Position numbers and translations under genes: made by a program. From contig JBJBDC010000001.1 of the NCBI GenBank assembly GCA_047285535.1, positions 2,720,136-2,784,135 of the forward strand: a DNA stretch of 64,000 nucleotides, in the 5' to 3' direction. This DNA is from Synechococcus sp. Its GTDB lineage: Bacteria > Cyanobacteriota > Cyanobacteriia > PCC-6307 > Cyanobiaceae. The notes under the pieces were generated by a model. The model had not been told where the DNA came from and ran no database searches. It saw nothing but the letters and a program-made list of their open reading frames with translations. Of this stretch, positions 33,330-43,499 are shown piece after piece (within the stretch, counting starts at the first letter, position 1; each line of letters starts with the position of its first letter).

Positions 33330-35552
33330 ATGGCAACGAAATTTCCTTCGTTTAGCCAGGGTCTGGCACAGGACCCGACAACCCGCCGTATCTGGTACGG
33401 GATCGCCACGGCTCACGACTTCGAGAGCCATGACGGAATGACGGAGGAGAAGCTTTACCAAAAGCTCTTCTCCACCCATTTCGGGCATCTCGCGATCATC
33501 GGCCTTTGGGTTTCGGGAAACCTGTTCCATATCGCCTGGCAGGGCAACTTCGAGCAGTGGGTCTCCGACCCACTGCACGTTCGCCCAATCGCTCATGCAA
33601 TTTGGGATCCCCACTTTGGTCAAGGCGCTATTGATGCCTTTACACAAGCGGGTGCATCCTCCCCGGTGAATATTGCCTACTCAGGCCTCTATCACTGGTT
33701 TTATACGATCGGTATGACCACGAATGCCGAGCTGTATCAGGGCTCCATCTTCATGATGATCCTGTCAGCTTGGGCTCTGTTCGCTGGTTGGCTGCACTTG
33801 CAGCCGAAGTTCCGTCCCTCTCTGGCCTGGTTCAAAAACGCTGAATCACGTCTCAATCACCACCTTGCCGTTCTCTTCGGCTTCAGCTCGATTGCTTGGA
33901 CCGGTCACCTGGTTCACGTGGCGATTCCTGAGTCCCGTGGTCAGCATGTTGGGTGGGACAACTTCCTGAATGTTTTGCCTCACCCGGCAGGTCTTCAGCC
34001 CTTCTTCACAGGCAACTGGGGTGTTTATGCCCAGAACCCTGACACCACTGGACAGATCTTTGGTACAGCTGAAGGATCAGGTACAGCCATCCTTACCTTC
34101 CTAGGTGGTTTCCATCCTCAGACAGAAGCCTTATGGCTCACTGACATTGCTCACCATCATCTGGCCATCGGTTGCATTTTCGTGATCGCAGGTCACATGT
34201 ACCGCACCAACTTTGGTATCGGTCACTCCATCCGCGAGATCCACGAAGCACACAAACCGCCCCAGGGCACTCCTGGTGACCTTGGAGCTGGACACAAGGG
34301 TCTTTACGACACCATCAACAACAGCCTGCACTTTCAGCTTGGCCTCGCTTTGGCCTGCCTTGGCGTTGTGACCAGCCTGGTGGCGCAGCACATGTATGCG
34401 ATGCCTTCGTATGCCTTCATCGCGAAGGACTACACCACCCAGGCAGCTCTCTATACCCATCACCAGTACATCGCCATCGCCCTGATGTGCGGTGCCTTTG
34501 CTCACGGTGCGATCTTCTTCATACGTGACTACGACCCCGAAGCCAATAAGGACAACGTCCTGGCTCGGATGCTCGAGCACAAAGAAGCGATCATCAGCCA
34601 TCTGAGCTGGGTCAGCCTGTTTCTTGGTTTCCATACCCTTGGTCTCTACGTTCATAACGACGTGGTTGTGGCCTTTGGAACTCCTGAGAAGCAGATCCTC
34701 GTAGAGCCCGTCTTTGCTCAGTTCGTCCAAGCCGCTTCAGGCAAGATGATCTATGGCTTTGATGTGTTCCTCGCCAACGCCTCCAGTACTGCAACCCTTG
34801 CTTCCCAAAACATCCCTGGAGATCACTATTGGATGGATGCCATCAATGGTGTTCGTGGAAGCAATGATTTGTTCCTTCAGATTGGTCCTGGCGACTTCCT
34901 TGTTCACCATGCCATCGCACTTGGTCTCCACACCACCACCCTCGTCCTTGTGAAGGGGGCTTTGGATGCCCGTGGCTCCAAGTTGATGCCAGACAAGAAA
35001 GACTTTGGATACTCCTTCCCCTGCGACGGTCCTGGCCGTGGCGGCACCTGTGACATCTCTGCCTGGGACGCTTTCTATCTCGCTGTTTTCTGGGCTTTGA
35101 ACACGGTGGGTTGGGTGACCTTCTACTGGCACTGGAAGCACCTTGCGATTTGGCAAGGCAATGTTGCTCAGTTCAACGAATCCAGCACTTATCTAATGGG
35201 CTGGTTCCGCGACTACCTCTGGCTGAACAGTTCACAGTTGATCAATGGATACAACCCATTTGGCAGCAACAATTTGGCCGTCTGGTCTTGGATGTTCCTG
35301 TTTGGTCATCTGGTTTGGGCCACTGGTTTCATGTTCCTGATCTCATGGCGCGGTTACTGGCAAGAGCTGATTGAGACCATCGTTTGGGCTCATGAACGCA
35401 GCCCAATCGCCAACATGATGGGATGGCGTGACAAGCCTGTTGCTCTTTCCATCGTTCAGGCACGTGTAGTTGGTCTTGCTCACTTCTCAGTTGGTTATGT
35501 GCTCACGTATGCAGCCTTCTTAATCGCCTCCACGTCTGGCAAGTTTGGCTGA
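33330..35552 (+). CDS. psaB: photosystem I P700 apoprotein A2
   Basis: [20 protein letters not shown] start and [15 protein letters not shown] motif. Confidence 0.99.
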   Translation: MATKFPSFSQGLAQDPTTRRIWYGIATAHDFESHDGMTEEKLYQKLFSTHFGHLAIIGLWVSGNLFHIAWQGNFEQWVSDPLHVRPIAHAIWDPHFGQGAIDAFTQAGASSPVNIAYSGLYHWFYTIGMTTNAELYQGSIFMMILSAWALFAGWLHLQPKFRPSLAWFKNAESRLNHHLAVLFGFSSIAWTGHLVHVAIPESRGQHVGWDNFLNVLPHPAGLQPFFTGNWGVYAQNPDTTGQIFGTAEGSGTAILTFLGGFHPQTEALWLTDIAHHHLAIGCIFVIAGHMYRTNFGIGHSIREIHEAHKPPQGTPGDLGAGHKGLYDTINNSLHFQLGLALACLGVVTSLVAQHMYAMPSYAFIAKDYTTQAALYTHHQYIAIALMCGAFAHGAIFFIRDYDPEANKDNVLARMLEHKEAIISHLSWVSLFLGFHTLGLYVHNDVVVAFGTPEKQILVEPVFAQFVQAASGKMIYGFDVFLANASSTATLASQNIPGDHYWMDAINGVRGSNDLFLQIGPGDFLVHHAIALGLHTTTLVLVKGALDARGSKLMPDKKDFGYSFPCDGPGRGGTCDISAWDAFYLAVFWALNTVGWVTFYWHWKHLAIWQGNVAQFNESSTYLMGWFRDYLWLNSSQLINGYNPFGSNNLAVWSWMFLFGHLVWATGFMFLISWRGYWQELIETIVWAHERSPIANMMGWRDKPVALSIVQARVVGLAHFSVGYVLTYAAFLIASTSGKFG

Positions 35553-35600
35553 TTTCGGTCTATCCCTTGCCTGATTGACGAGTCGTTTCTCAATAGTGTC

Positions 35601-35632
35601 ACCCGTCCGTGTCCCGGGCGGGTTTTTTATTT
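35601..35632 (+). terminator. psaAB intrinsic terminator
   Basis: ACCCGTCCG...CGGGCGGGT stem followed by a T tract. Confidence 0.85.
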
Positions 35633-35923
35633 GAATTCATGCTGGGAAGGACTTGTATGACGTCGCTACTGAACTTGGCGTTTAGATTCAGTTTTGAATC
35701 AATGGGATGCTTGCGTGCATGATCTGATGCTTCATTCCTCGCAGTCTTTGTTTAATTGTTGATGCTGAATGCGATATCGAGAGTTCATAGATAGGTATGA
35801 AGGCCTGCGTCCTGTATCGGTAGAACATAGACATCAGCATCGGACTCGTTGTGGTGAGAGTAATAGCCTGGGGTGTTATGAAAGCGGCTCCAGAAGTCCA
35901 ATCTTCCCGGTGTCCGTCGATGA

Positions 35924-36334
35924 TCATGCCGTTTGAATCAAGCTCAAGCCGCAGGCTGCAATTTGATTCGAGCGCTTGGCGCTGAACAGGCTTTGATGTC
36001 CGCAGTCATGCATCAGGCAGAAGCTGCGACTGAGCAGCAGAACCATCAACAGGAGGAGCAAGGGTGACAACACGATGGCTGTGGTGTTGAACGATGTTGT
36101 GACCGCAGACATCGCGATCGCCACCGCGATGATCGGAGCCACGGTGTTCAGGATCTGCCAGCTGGCTATGCGGTCATCGCTGGCCATAAAAGGAGCGAGT
36201 TTGAACTCGATTCGTTTGGGGAAAGTGCTAGACGCCATGTTTTGGCTAATCGTCTGAGTGGTCGTTGTCATGCCGCTTCCAGGTGGGGTGCAGCGATCGG
36301 CTTGATGGGTGGACCTATCGCTTGCTTGCTGCAA
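35924..36334 (-). pseudogene. truncated fatty acid desaturase (N-terminal fragment)
   Basis: First His box HDCGH with preceding TM helices; stop about 25 codons later; second and third His boxes not recognisable. Confidence 0.75.
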
Positions 36335-36342
36335 CCGGTTTT

Positions 36343-39300
36343 TTAATTGCCTGGTGAGCGCTGAATTTGAGTCCTCTCCCTACAGCCTTTGAGGCTCAAA
36401 TAAACGGCTGGAACAACAAACAGAGAAAGCAGTGTGGAAATCAGCAAGCCGCTAAACACCACCGTGCCAATGCTGATTCGACTTGCTGAACCTGTTCCGC
36501 TGGCCAGCAGCAGGGGCAGAAATCCAGCCAAGGATGTAATCGCTGTCAGAACAATTGGACGCATCCGCTCTTCCGCTGCGTCCGTGATCGCCTCGCGAAG
36601 GGGCAGGCCAGCTCGGAGCCTTTGATTGGCAAACTCCACAATCAGAATGCCGTTTTTTGCTGCCAAACTCACGAGGACGAGAAGACCCATCTGGCCGTAA
36701 ACGTCTAGCGGTAGCCCACGCAATTTGAGTCCGATCAGCGCACCGAGCAGTGCCAGAGGCACTGTCAGCAAAATCACTAGGGGGTCTAGAAAGCTCTCAT
36801 AGAGACCAGCGAGTAAGAGGTAGACCACTACTACGCTCAAACCAAAGAAGGCCCAGGTGACGCCTTCGGCGATCCTCTCTTCCTCCGCAAGGCCTGTAAA
36901 AGCAAGCCCGATGTTGCCCCCTCCAATCTGTTCGCCTGCTGTCTCAAGGATGTTGATGGCTTGCCCACTACTCGTTCCTTTACCTGGTAAGGCGCTGACA
37001 CGTATGGATCGGTTCAGGGCGAAGTGGTCAATCGACCCTGTGCCCTCAACTTGTTCAAGTCGCGCCACGCTGTCAGCGCTGACGAGTTCCCCATCCCGGT
37101 TCCGAAGCATGAGAGATTTGATGTCCTCTGGACGATTGCGGTCGCTGCCCTCCATTTGAATCCAGATGCTTCGTATTTCTCCGTCGGCGTAGGTGTCATC
37201 AAGATACCGCCCGCCGATGGCCATGCCAATCGAATTCAGAGTTTCTCTGTAGGGGAGATTCAGTGCAGCCATTTGGTCGCGGTCTAAAACGAGGCGCCAT
37301 CTCGGGGCACTGGCGTCGAAACGGGTGCTGACCCGTTCAAATTTGCCCGTTTCCTTGGCACTCTCAATAAAAGCTTTGGCGACCTGTTCGAATTGGACCA
37401 GGTTCAGTTGGCCACCACTGCGGTCTAAAAGCTGGATGTTTAAGGCTGAATCCCCGCTGAATCCTCGAACGGTAGGAGGTGTAATCAGCACAACTCTGGC
37501 ATCCGTAATCGAACGATTCAGTGCTTTTTGCAGTCGACGCTTGATGGCTTGATCGCTCTGATCTGTACGGCCTCTCTCCTGGAGAGGTTTTAATCTCAAG
37601 TAAAAGGAACCCTTGTCTTCCCCGCTTTGCCCGAACGAACTTCCTGCATAGAAGTTCCCTGAGCGGATCAGTGGTTCTTGCTCAACGACAGCGCGAATGG
37701 AATCCATGATTGCCATGCTTCGTTCCAGGCTGGCGCCTTCCGACAATGTGAAATAACCACGGATTTGGCCCTGGTCTTCATTGGGGATAAAGGCTGTCGG
37801 AGTGTTGCTGTGGACGACTCCCGTGAGCATCAAGCTGATGATTAAAACAATGCCCACCCAATTGGGTCGATTTAATAGCTTGCGCAATGTTCGTGAGTAG
37901 TGCCCTTCAATGCTTTGCATGGCCTTTCGGAGACAGTCGCTGAGTCGTCTGATCGGTCCAGGCAGGCGTCCATTCCCTGGAGTGAGAACTCTGGCTGATG
38001 CCATTGGCGTGAACGTGAGGGCGTTCAACGTGGAGAACACAATGGCAGCCGTAATCGTTAAGGCAATCGGTTCGTAGAGGCGACCAATTGACCCCGGAAT
38101 CAACAGAATAGGAATGAAAACCGCTACGAGAACCAAAGAGGTGGCCACGATTGCTCCGGCCAATTCCTCCATCGCAGTTTCGGCGGCCTTTAGAGGTGGG
38201 TCTCCCTTTTCAATCCGATCGGCAATTTCCTCGCTCACCACGATTGCATCGTCTACAACAATGCCCGTCGCAAGAATCAGTCCGAACAGAATCAAACTGT
38301 TGATATTTGAACCGCTGAGGCGGATTACCAACAAGCTGCCTATCAAAGAAATAGGTACGGCGATTCCAGGCACCATCGCTAATCGCCAGCGCCCCAGGAA
38401 GAGCACCAAAACAACTAAAACCAGCAGGACTGCATCTCGGAGAGTCGTGATGGTGCGATCGAGATTGGATTGGATGGTGTCGGCCGTATCCACGATGGTT
38501 TGCATCGTGATTCCGGGCGGAAATCCTGATTCGAGTTTCGAGAGCTTTCGGCGAATGCTTCGACTGAGAGCAAGGGCATTCGCTCCATCTCTTTGATAGA
38601 TCCCTACGGCAACGGAGCGTTCTCCTTGAAGATTGATCGCAGCCCTTCCATAACTGCGCTGACCAAGGCTGACGCGGCCAACATCACTGAGTCGAATGAG
38701 GCCACCATTGGCTAATCGTTTGATCACTACGTTTTCAAGTTCGTCCTGGCTGCGCAAGCGACCGTCTGCTTCGACAGGGAGGCTGAGAAGTTGTCCTGAT
38801 GGAGCCGGTGCGCTGCCAAGCGCTCCGATGGCGGCCAGAACGTTTTGCTCGATCAGTGCTGTGCTCACATCCGTGATTGTGAGATTGGATTGCTCAAGTT
38901 TTTGAGGATCCATCCACAGGCGGTAGGCCAACTCGCTGCTCCCGAACACACGAATATCACCAATGCCTGGAACGGATCTGAGCGATTCTCTGAGCGATTG
39001 TTCAAGCCATCCTGGGAGAAAGGTTGGAACGTAGAGATCTTGCGGATGGCTAAAGCCAAGGATCATCAGTAAATCGCTAGAGGAGCGATTCACGCTGAGT
39101 CCTTGGCGAGTAACGGCTTGCGGCAAACGGCGCAACGCCAAATTCACTTCGTTTTGGACCTTGATCGCATTCAGTTGAGGGCTGCCTTTTTTGAAGCGCA
39201 GGCTGATTCTTGATTGCCCTTCACTACTTGTGGACTGAATGCTGTCGAGATCGCTGAGACCGTTGAGTTGTTGCTCCAGCACAGTGGTGACGCTTTGCTC

Positions 39301-39480
39301 GACCACATCGGGTGATGCAGCAGGGAAGCGTGCTGTCACGCTGACCTGGGTTGGGGCCAACTGGGGTAGGTCTTCAAGGCCCAAGCCGGAGAGCGAAACA
39401 AGTCCTGCCAGCAGGACGAGCAGGCTGCAGACAACGGTGAGGACAGGCCGTCGCAGAAAAGGCTGGGAGATGGACCGCAA
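36343..39480 (-). CDS. RND efflux transporter, AcrB/HAE1 type
   Basis: 1045 aa; proton-relay motifs IVVDDAIVV, AAKNGILIVEFA and RMRPIVLT. Confidence 0.95.
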   Translation of the reverse strand: MRSISQPFLRRPVLTVVCSLLVLLAGLVSLSGLGLEDLPQLAPTQVSVTARFPAASPDVVEQSVTTVLEQQLNGLSDLDSIQSTSSEGQSRISLRFKKGSPQLNAIKVQNEVNLALRRLPQAVTRQGLSVNRSSSDLLMILGFSHPQDLYVPTFLPGWLEQSLRESLRSVPGIGDIRVFGSSELAYRLWMDPQKLEQSNLTITDVSTALIEQNVLAAIGALGSAPAPSGQLLSLPVEADGRLRSQDELENVVIKRLANGGLIRLSDVGRVSLGQRSYGRAAINLQGERSVAVGIYQRDGANALALSRSIRRKLSKLESGFPPGITMQTIVDTADTIQSNLDRTITTLRDAVLLVLVVLVLFLGRWRLAMVPGIAVPISLIGSLLVIRLSGSNINSLILFGLILATGIVVDDAIVVSEEIADRIEKGDPPLKAAETAMEELAGAIVATSLVLVAVFIPILLIPGSIGRLYEPIALTITAAIVFSTLNALTFTPMASARVLTPGNGRLPGPIRRLSDCLRKAMQSIEGHYSRTLRKLLNRPNWVGIVLIISLMLTGVVHSNTPTAFIPNEDQGQIRGYFTLSEGASLERSMAIMDSIRAVVEQEPLIRSGNFYAGSSFGQSGEDKGSFYLRLKPLQERGRTDQSDQAIKRRLQKALNRSITDARVVLITPPTVRGFSGDSALNIQLLDRSGGQLNLVQFEQVAKAFIESAKETGKFERVSTRFDASAPRWRLVLDRDQMAALNLPYRETLNSIGMAIGGRYLDDTYADGEIRSIWIQMEGSDRNRPEDIKSLMLRNRDGELVSADSVARLEQVEGTGSIDHFALNRSIRVSALPGKGTSSGQAINILETAGEQIGGGNIGLAFTGLAEEERIAEGVTWAFFGLSVVVVYLLLAGLYESFLDPLVILLTVPLALLGALIGLKLRGLPLDVYGQMGLLVLVSLAAKNGILIVEFANQRLRAGLPLREAITDAAEERMRPIVLTAITSLAGFLPLLLASGTGSASRISIGTVVFSGLLISTLLSLFVVPAVYLSLKGCRERTQIQRSPGN

Positions 39481-39520
39481 GGCGGCACCTGCTGCAAAAG
39501 CGGATTGATCTTGGCAGTTA

Positions 39521-39560
39521 AAAGTCCCTGTTGAACGACTTTGCGCTCAACAGGGACTTT
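39521..39560 (-). terminator. terminator of psaI-psaL
   Basis: Perfect 14-bp inverted repeat AAAGTCCCTGTTGA/TCAACAGGGACTTT about 30 nt after the psaL stop. Confidence 0.8.
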
Positions 39561-39592
39561 GCGGGTCTGTTTTCAGTGAGGAACGTTGAGGC

Positions 39593-40084
39593 TCAGCTCA
39601 CGCTCCAAACACCTGCAGCTATCTTCACGAGCTGCTGAACGTGGAGAGTGTCACAGAGCAACCAGGCAAAGACAGCACCACCACATCCACCAAGCCAGAA
39701 GCCACTGGTGAATTCAGACCAACCGTTGCGGGTGAAAAGATCTGATGGGGGATTGTCAACGGTGACGTCTGCAGGGGGGATATGAGGTTGCTTTCCGGGC
39801 TGGTTATAGAGAAGAAACAGGAAGGTGAGGAGGTGAACGGCACCGATAGCTGCTAAGAGACCAGCGGTTGCTGAGTAATCGGAGTTACGCAGTGGGCCAC
39901 AGATTGTGTAGGGCCCGTAAAGGAGATATCCAAAGGCTGCGCCTGTCTCAATTCCCCTGAAATTTGGTGATATTCCTTTGCGATAGAAAGGAAGGTTATT
40001 GATAAGCCACTTCATAAAATATCCGCTATTCACGGGTGTGGCTAGATTGCCGACGCAAGGGTCGGCTGCAGGAGTGACAGTCAT
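39593..40084 (-). CDS. psaL: photosystem I subunit XI
   Basis: [24 protein letters not shown] and GWSEFTSGF motifs. Confidence 0.97.
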   Translation of the reverse strand: MTVTPAADPCVGNLATPVNSGYFMKWLINNLPFYRKGISPNFRGIETGAAFGYLLYGPYTICGPLRNSDYSATAGLLAAIGAVHLLTFLFLLYNQPGKQPHIPPADVTVDNPPSDLFTRNGWSEFTSGFWLGGCGGAVFAWLLCDTLHVQQLVKIAAGVWSVS

Positions 40085-40128
40085 TGGAGTTTGATGGCTG
40101 AGTCGGATTGCTGGTGTTTGCTTTGAGG

Positions 40129-40245
40129 TCAGTCGGCGGCGGTAATCACCCCTCCCACAAGAATGATGAACACTGCAGGGAAAACAATCCCGATCATCGG
40201 CACAAACAACACCGGCAGCCAGGCTGCTGCAAAATCTCCAGTCAT
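40129..40245 (-). CDS. psaI: photosystem I subunit VIII
   Basis: 38 aa [25 protein letters not shown]..., upstream of psaL. Confidence 0.93.
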   Translation of the reverse strand: MTGDFAAAWLPVLFVPMIGIVFPAVFIILVGGVITAAD

Positions 40246-40369
40246 GATCAAGCCCAGGATTGATCTCTTGATTTTAGAGTCCTCATGCTGGGCATTACCC
40301 TCGCGGCGTTTCCTGGCGACATAAAAGTTCAATCCCAGCCTTAGTCAGGGTTGTCCGCAAGCATTTGAT

Positions 40370-40840
40370 TTGATGACTCAGCTTTTCGCCGGTGGTGCAG
40401 CCATCGTTTTAGCCCTTGTTCTTTACGGCCTAGGCCGTAGGCCGAAGAAGCCGTTGCTGAGCAGCACGGATGTGTCGGAGGTCGTAGCTCTGAATCGTGC
40501 CCAAGTGGAGCTGGTGCAGGCTTCGAAGGTTGAAGTGGCCGCGGAGCAGGAGCCTGATCTTGCATGGCAGCCCCCGTCCACATCCGCTGAAAGGCTGGCG
40601 ATGCAGGAGTACTTGCGGCGGGCGATGACGGCAGGTCCAGATCTACGCTTGGAGGCGATTAAAATGGCTGGGCAGTGGGGGCACCAGTGCGTTCTCCATC
40701 TCCTTCGTCGAGGGCTGCACGATTCAGACAGCCGAGTGGTGAAGGCTGCTGCTGCCGCTCTTGAGAACCGTCGCGGTGCTCCTCAATCCGCTCCCGGTCA
40801 GACCGTTCGTCCACCGCGCAACGTGGCACGGATGCGATAA
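40370..40840 (+). CDS. membrane-anchored HEAT-repeat-like protein
   Basis: N-terminal TM segment and LRRGLHDSDSRVVKAAAAAL repeat-like segment. Confidence 0.7.
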   Translation: MMTQLFAGGAAIVLALVLYGLGRRPKKPLLSSTDVSEVVALNRAQVELVQASKVEVAAEQEPDLAWQPPSTSAERLAMQEYLRRAMTAGPDLRLEAIKMAGQWGHQCVLHLLRRGLHDSDSRVVKAAAAALENRRGAPQSAPGQTVRPPRNVARMR

Positions 40841-41826
40841 ATCGGTCGCCCTTGGCTTTCGTGATAAGTGCGGCTGAGCAGTTCTGCTAAAAGACCGAAG
40901 CAGAACAATTGGATTCCCGCTAACCCTAAAACCACAGCAAGAGTCAAAAGGGGGCGATTGCCAATATCGGCCCCTTGAATCTTGATGAGGAGCAGATAAC
41001 TGCTTGTGATCACGCTTAATGCAATAGCAATCAAGCCAGCAAAGCCGAACACGTACATCGGACGAGTGAGGAATCGCTTCATGAACCACACGGTGAGGAG
41101 GTCCATGAGGACCCTGAATGTGCGATCAATTCCGTACTTGCTGCTGCCGTACTGGCGTGCCCGGTGATTGACTTTCACTTCGGTGATTCGGGCCCCTTCG
41201 ATAAAGGCCAGAGCAGGAAGGAAGCGGTGAAGTTCTCCATAAAGCCGCATGTCTGAGAGAACCGCGCGGTCGTAAGCCTTCAAGGAGCAGCCATAGTCAT
41301 GAAGTTTCACCCCAGTGACCCTGCCAATCAGGCGGTTGGCCAATCTGGAAGGCAACTTGCGCTGAAGTTCGGCGTCCTGTCGTTGATGCCGCCAACCGCT
41401 GACGAGGTCATAGCCTTCACGGAGCTTTGCCAGAAGTAATGGGATGTCAGCGGGATCATTTTGTAAATCACCATCCAAACTGACGATGATTCTTCCCTTG
41501 GCTACATCAAACCCTGCCGCCATTGCGGCCGTTTGACCATAGTTTTTGCGTAACAGCACGCCAACGAGCTCTGGGACTTCAGTGCTGATCTGTTGAAGCA
41601 CAGCTGCTGAGTTGTCAGCGGATCCATCATTCACGAGGACCAGCTCGAAGCTTTCACCTGAGGGCCTAAGGGCTTTGAGCAATTGCTCCACTAGTTCGGG
41701 AAGGCTCTCTTCTTCGTTGTAGATCGGCACAACTACGGACAAGTCGAGACTGTTGCTCTTGTTTTCCGACGCGCTAGCGGCGGCTGCTGTGTGCAGAGAC
41801 ATCCATATGGGGAGCGATGCGAGCAA
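40798..41826 (-). CDS. glycosyltransferase family 2 (polyprenol-phosphate glycosyltransferase-like)
   Basis: SVVVPIYNEE, VNDGS, NYGQTAA and LDGDLQNDP motifs; start may be ~41802. Confidence 0.92.
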   Translation of the reverse strand: MLASLPIWMSLHTAAAASASENKSNSLDLSVVVPIYNEEESLPELVEQLLKALRPSGESFELVLVNDGSADNSAAVLQQISTEVPELVGVLLRKNYGQTAAMAAGFDVAKGRIIVSLDGDLQNDPADIPLLLAKLREGYDLVSGWRHQRQDAELQRKLPSRLANRLIGRVTGVKLHDYGCSLKAYDRAVLSDMRLYGELHRFLPALAFIEGARITEVKVNHRARQYGSSKYGIDRTFRVLMDLLTVWFMKRFLTRPMYVFGFAGLIAIALSVITSSYLLLIKIQGADIGNRPLLTLAVVLGLAGIQLFCFGLLAELLSRTYHESQGRPIYRIRATLRGGRTV

Positions 41827-41856
41827 CCTAAGCGCTCTTCGAAAGGATCTTCTTCC

Positions 41857-42594
41857 TCAGGGCAGCGTGCTTCCGTCATGGCAGCGCTCCACCCTGCCTG
41901 CACCGCGGAGTTCTGATCGGTAATGCGACGCCACTGGGTGTTGGTCAGAAGGGTGGATGCTGTCCATGCCAATTCCGTTGCGGCCGTGTTCTTTCCCTGA
42001 ACTATGTAAATAGTGACCATTCTGGAGATGGATGGCCACGTGGGTGCAGCGCCGTGCAGTACCAAAAAACAACAGATCTCCTGGACGCAGCAGTTGATGA
42101 TGGCCAGGTTGGACAGCTACGGGACTGCAAAATCGTTCTTGTTGATAAGCATCCCGCGGCAACCAGATGTTTTGACTGGCAAATGCAGTTTGCACCAGTC
42201 CTGAACAGTCGAGATCAGGACCGATGGTGCCACCCCACAGATAGGTATTTGGTACTTTCTCAGCTTGCCTTAGCCAACGAAGTACAGACGGAAGACGGTC
42301 TTGGATGCTCGAGGTATTCAGTAAAGAGGGGTACCACTGGGCCAGTGCTACTGAATGACCAATGAGATTATTAATAGGAATCCAACACTGATATCCATCC
42401 TCCATTAATGCCGCATGGATTCTCCCTTCGTTTGGATTGGGGTTTGCAAGTATGCGGAATCCTCTGCCCGCACAGGCCTGAGTTGCAAGGCCACTGCCAT
42501 GGCTGCTCGCATAGCCATTGACATCAACAGCGAGTGTCCAACAGCTTCCCTTGATGAGTTGTTCAGGAGTGGTCGCTGTGCCTAGGGTCGGCAT
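41857..42594 (-). CDS. NlpC/P60 (C40) peptidase
   Basis: YLWGG...DCSGLVQ, PRDAYQQ, PGDLLFF and HVAI motifs; ATG at 42594 avoids overlap with the next gene. Confidence 0.9.
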   Translation of the reverse strand: MPTLGTATTPEQLIKGSCWTLAVDVNGYASSHGSGLATQACAGRGFRILANPNPNEGRIHAALMEDGYQCWIPINNLIGHSVALAQWYPSLLNTSSIQDRLPSVLRWLRQAEKVPNTYLWGGTIGPDLDCSGLVQTAFASQNIWLPRDAYQQERFCSPVAVQPGHHQLLRPGDLLFFGTARRCTHVAIHLQNGHYLHSSGKEHGRNGIGMDSIHPSDQHPVASHYRSELRGAGRVERCHDGSTLP

Positions 42595-42611
42595 TGCCTG
42601 ATGCCAGTGCC

Positions 42612-43499
42612 ATGGCGTTCTACCGTGCCGAGCCGGCGATGCAGGATCATCTCGTCGGATTAATTGATCGATTAGCGGAGCAAGGACGTCCTGGTTTGCA
42701 CGAGCAGATCGCTGTGAACTGGGTCCGTTACGACCAAGCGAATGTCTCGTCTGGGGGTGGTTTTGGAGCGGCTTGGGCTGATCAGAAACCGGTCTATCCA
42801 GCAAGCGTTGTCAAATTGGTCTACGCCGTTGCGGTTGAGGCTTGGCTGCAAAAAGGCCTACTGCTTGAAACAACAGAGTTGCGGCGTGCAGTGAACGACA
42901 TGATTGCGTTGTCAAGCAACGATGCGACTGGATTGGTGCTTGATCTTCTGACAGGTACCTCTAGTGGACCTGTGCTGCAGGGCGAGCCCTGGTTGAGATG
43001 GCAGGATCAGCGTCAATTAGTAAATCACTGGTTGTTGGACTTTGGTTGGAGTGAGTTTGAACGGGTGAACTGTTGTCAGAAGACCTGGGGTGATGGTCCT
43101 TATGGCAGGGAGAAGAGTTTTTATGGAGAGAACAACAGCAATCGGAATGCCCTAAGCACTGCTGCTGTGTCTCGTTTGTTAGAGGCAGTGATGACCGATG
43201 GCCTCCTTTCACCTCCGGCTTGTCAACGTCTTCGCTCAGCGCTCGAACGTTCTTTGGACCTCGATGAGAGGAGCGCTGATCCTGAAAACCAGGTTGATGG
43301 TTTTCTCGGAGAGGGATTGCCTCAGGACAGCCACCTTTGGAGTAAAGCTGGATGGATGAGTGAGGCGAGACATGACGCCGCTTGGTGGTCTGACTCCACT
43401 GGACTGACCCAGCTGTTGGTAGTGTTCAGTACTGGTCCTGAGTGTGCTAAAGACAGTCGGTTGCTACCAGTGATCGCCGAGGAATTGTCGGCTTTTTGA
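42612..43499 (+). CDS. serine hydrolase, class A beta-lactamase-like
   Basis: SxxK (ASVVK), SxN (SSND) and KAG motifs. Confidence 0.9.
   Translation: MAFYRAEPAMQDHLVGLIDRLAEQGRPGLHEQIAVNWVRYDQANVSSGGGFGAAWADQKPVYPASVVKLVYAVAVEAWLQKGLLLETTELRRAVNDMIALSSNDATGLVLDLLTGTSSGPVLQGEPWLRWQDQRQLVNHWLLDFGWSEFERVNCCQKTWGDGPYGREKSFYGENNSNRNALSTAAVSRLLEAVMTDGLLSPPACQRLRSALERSLDLDERSADPENQVDGFLGEGLPQDSHLWSKAGWMSEARHDAAWWSDSTGLTQLLVVFSTGPECAKDSRLLPVIAEELSAF

Noticed and set aside
35688..35927. 79 aa ORF after the desaturase fragment as a frameshifted continuation
   Set aside because: No desaturase His boxes recognisable in the frames I translated
42595..42804. Apparent overlap of about 200 nt between the NlpC/P60 and serine hydrolase ORFs
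   Set aside because: Resolved by ATG starts at 42594 (-) and 42612 (+)
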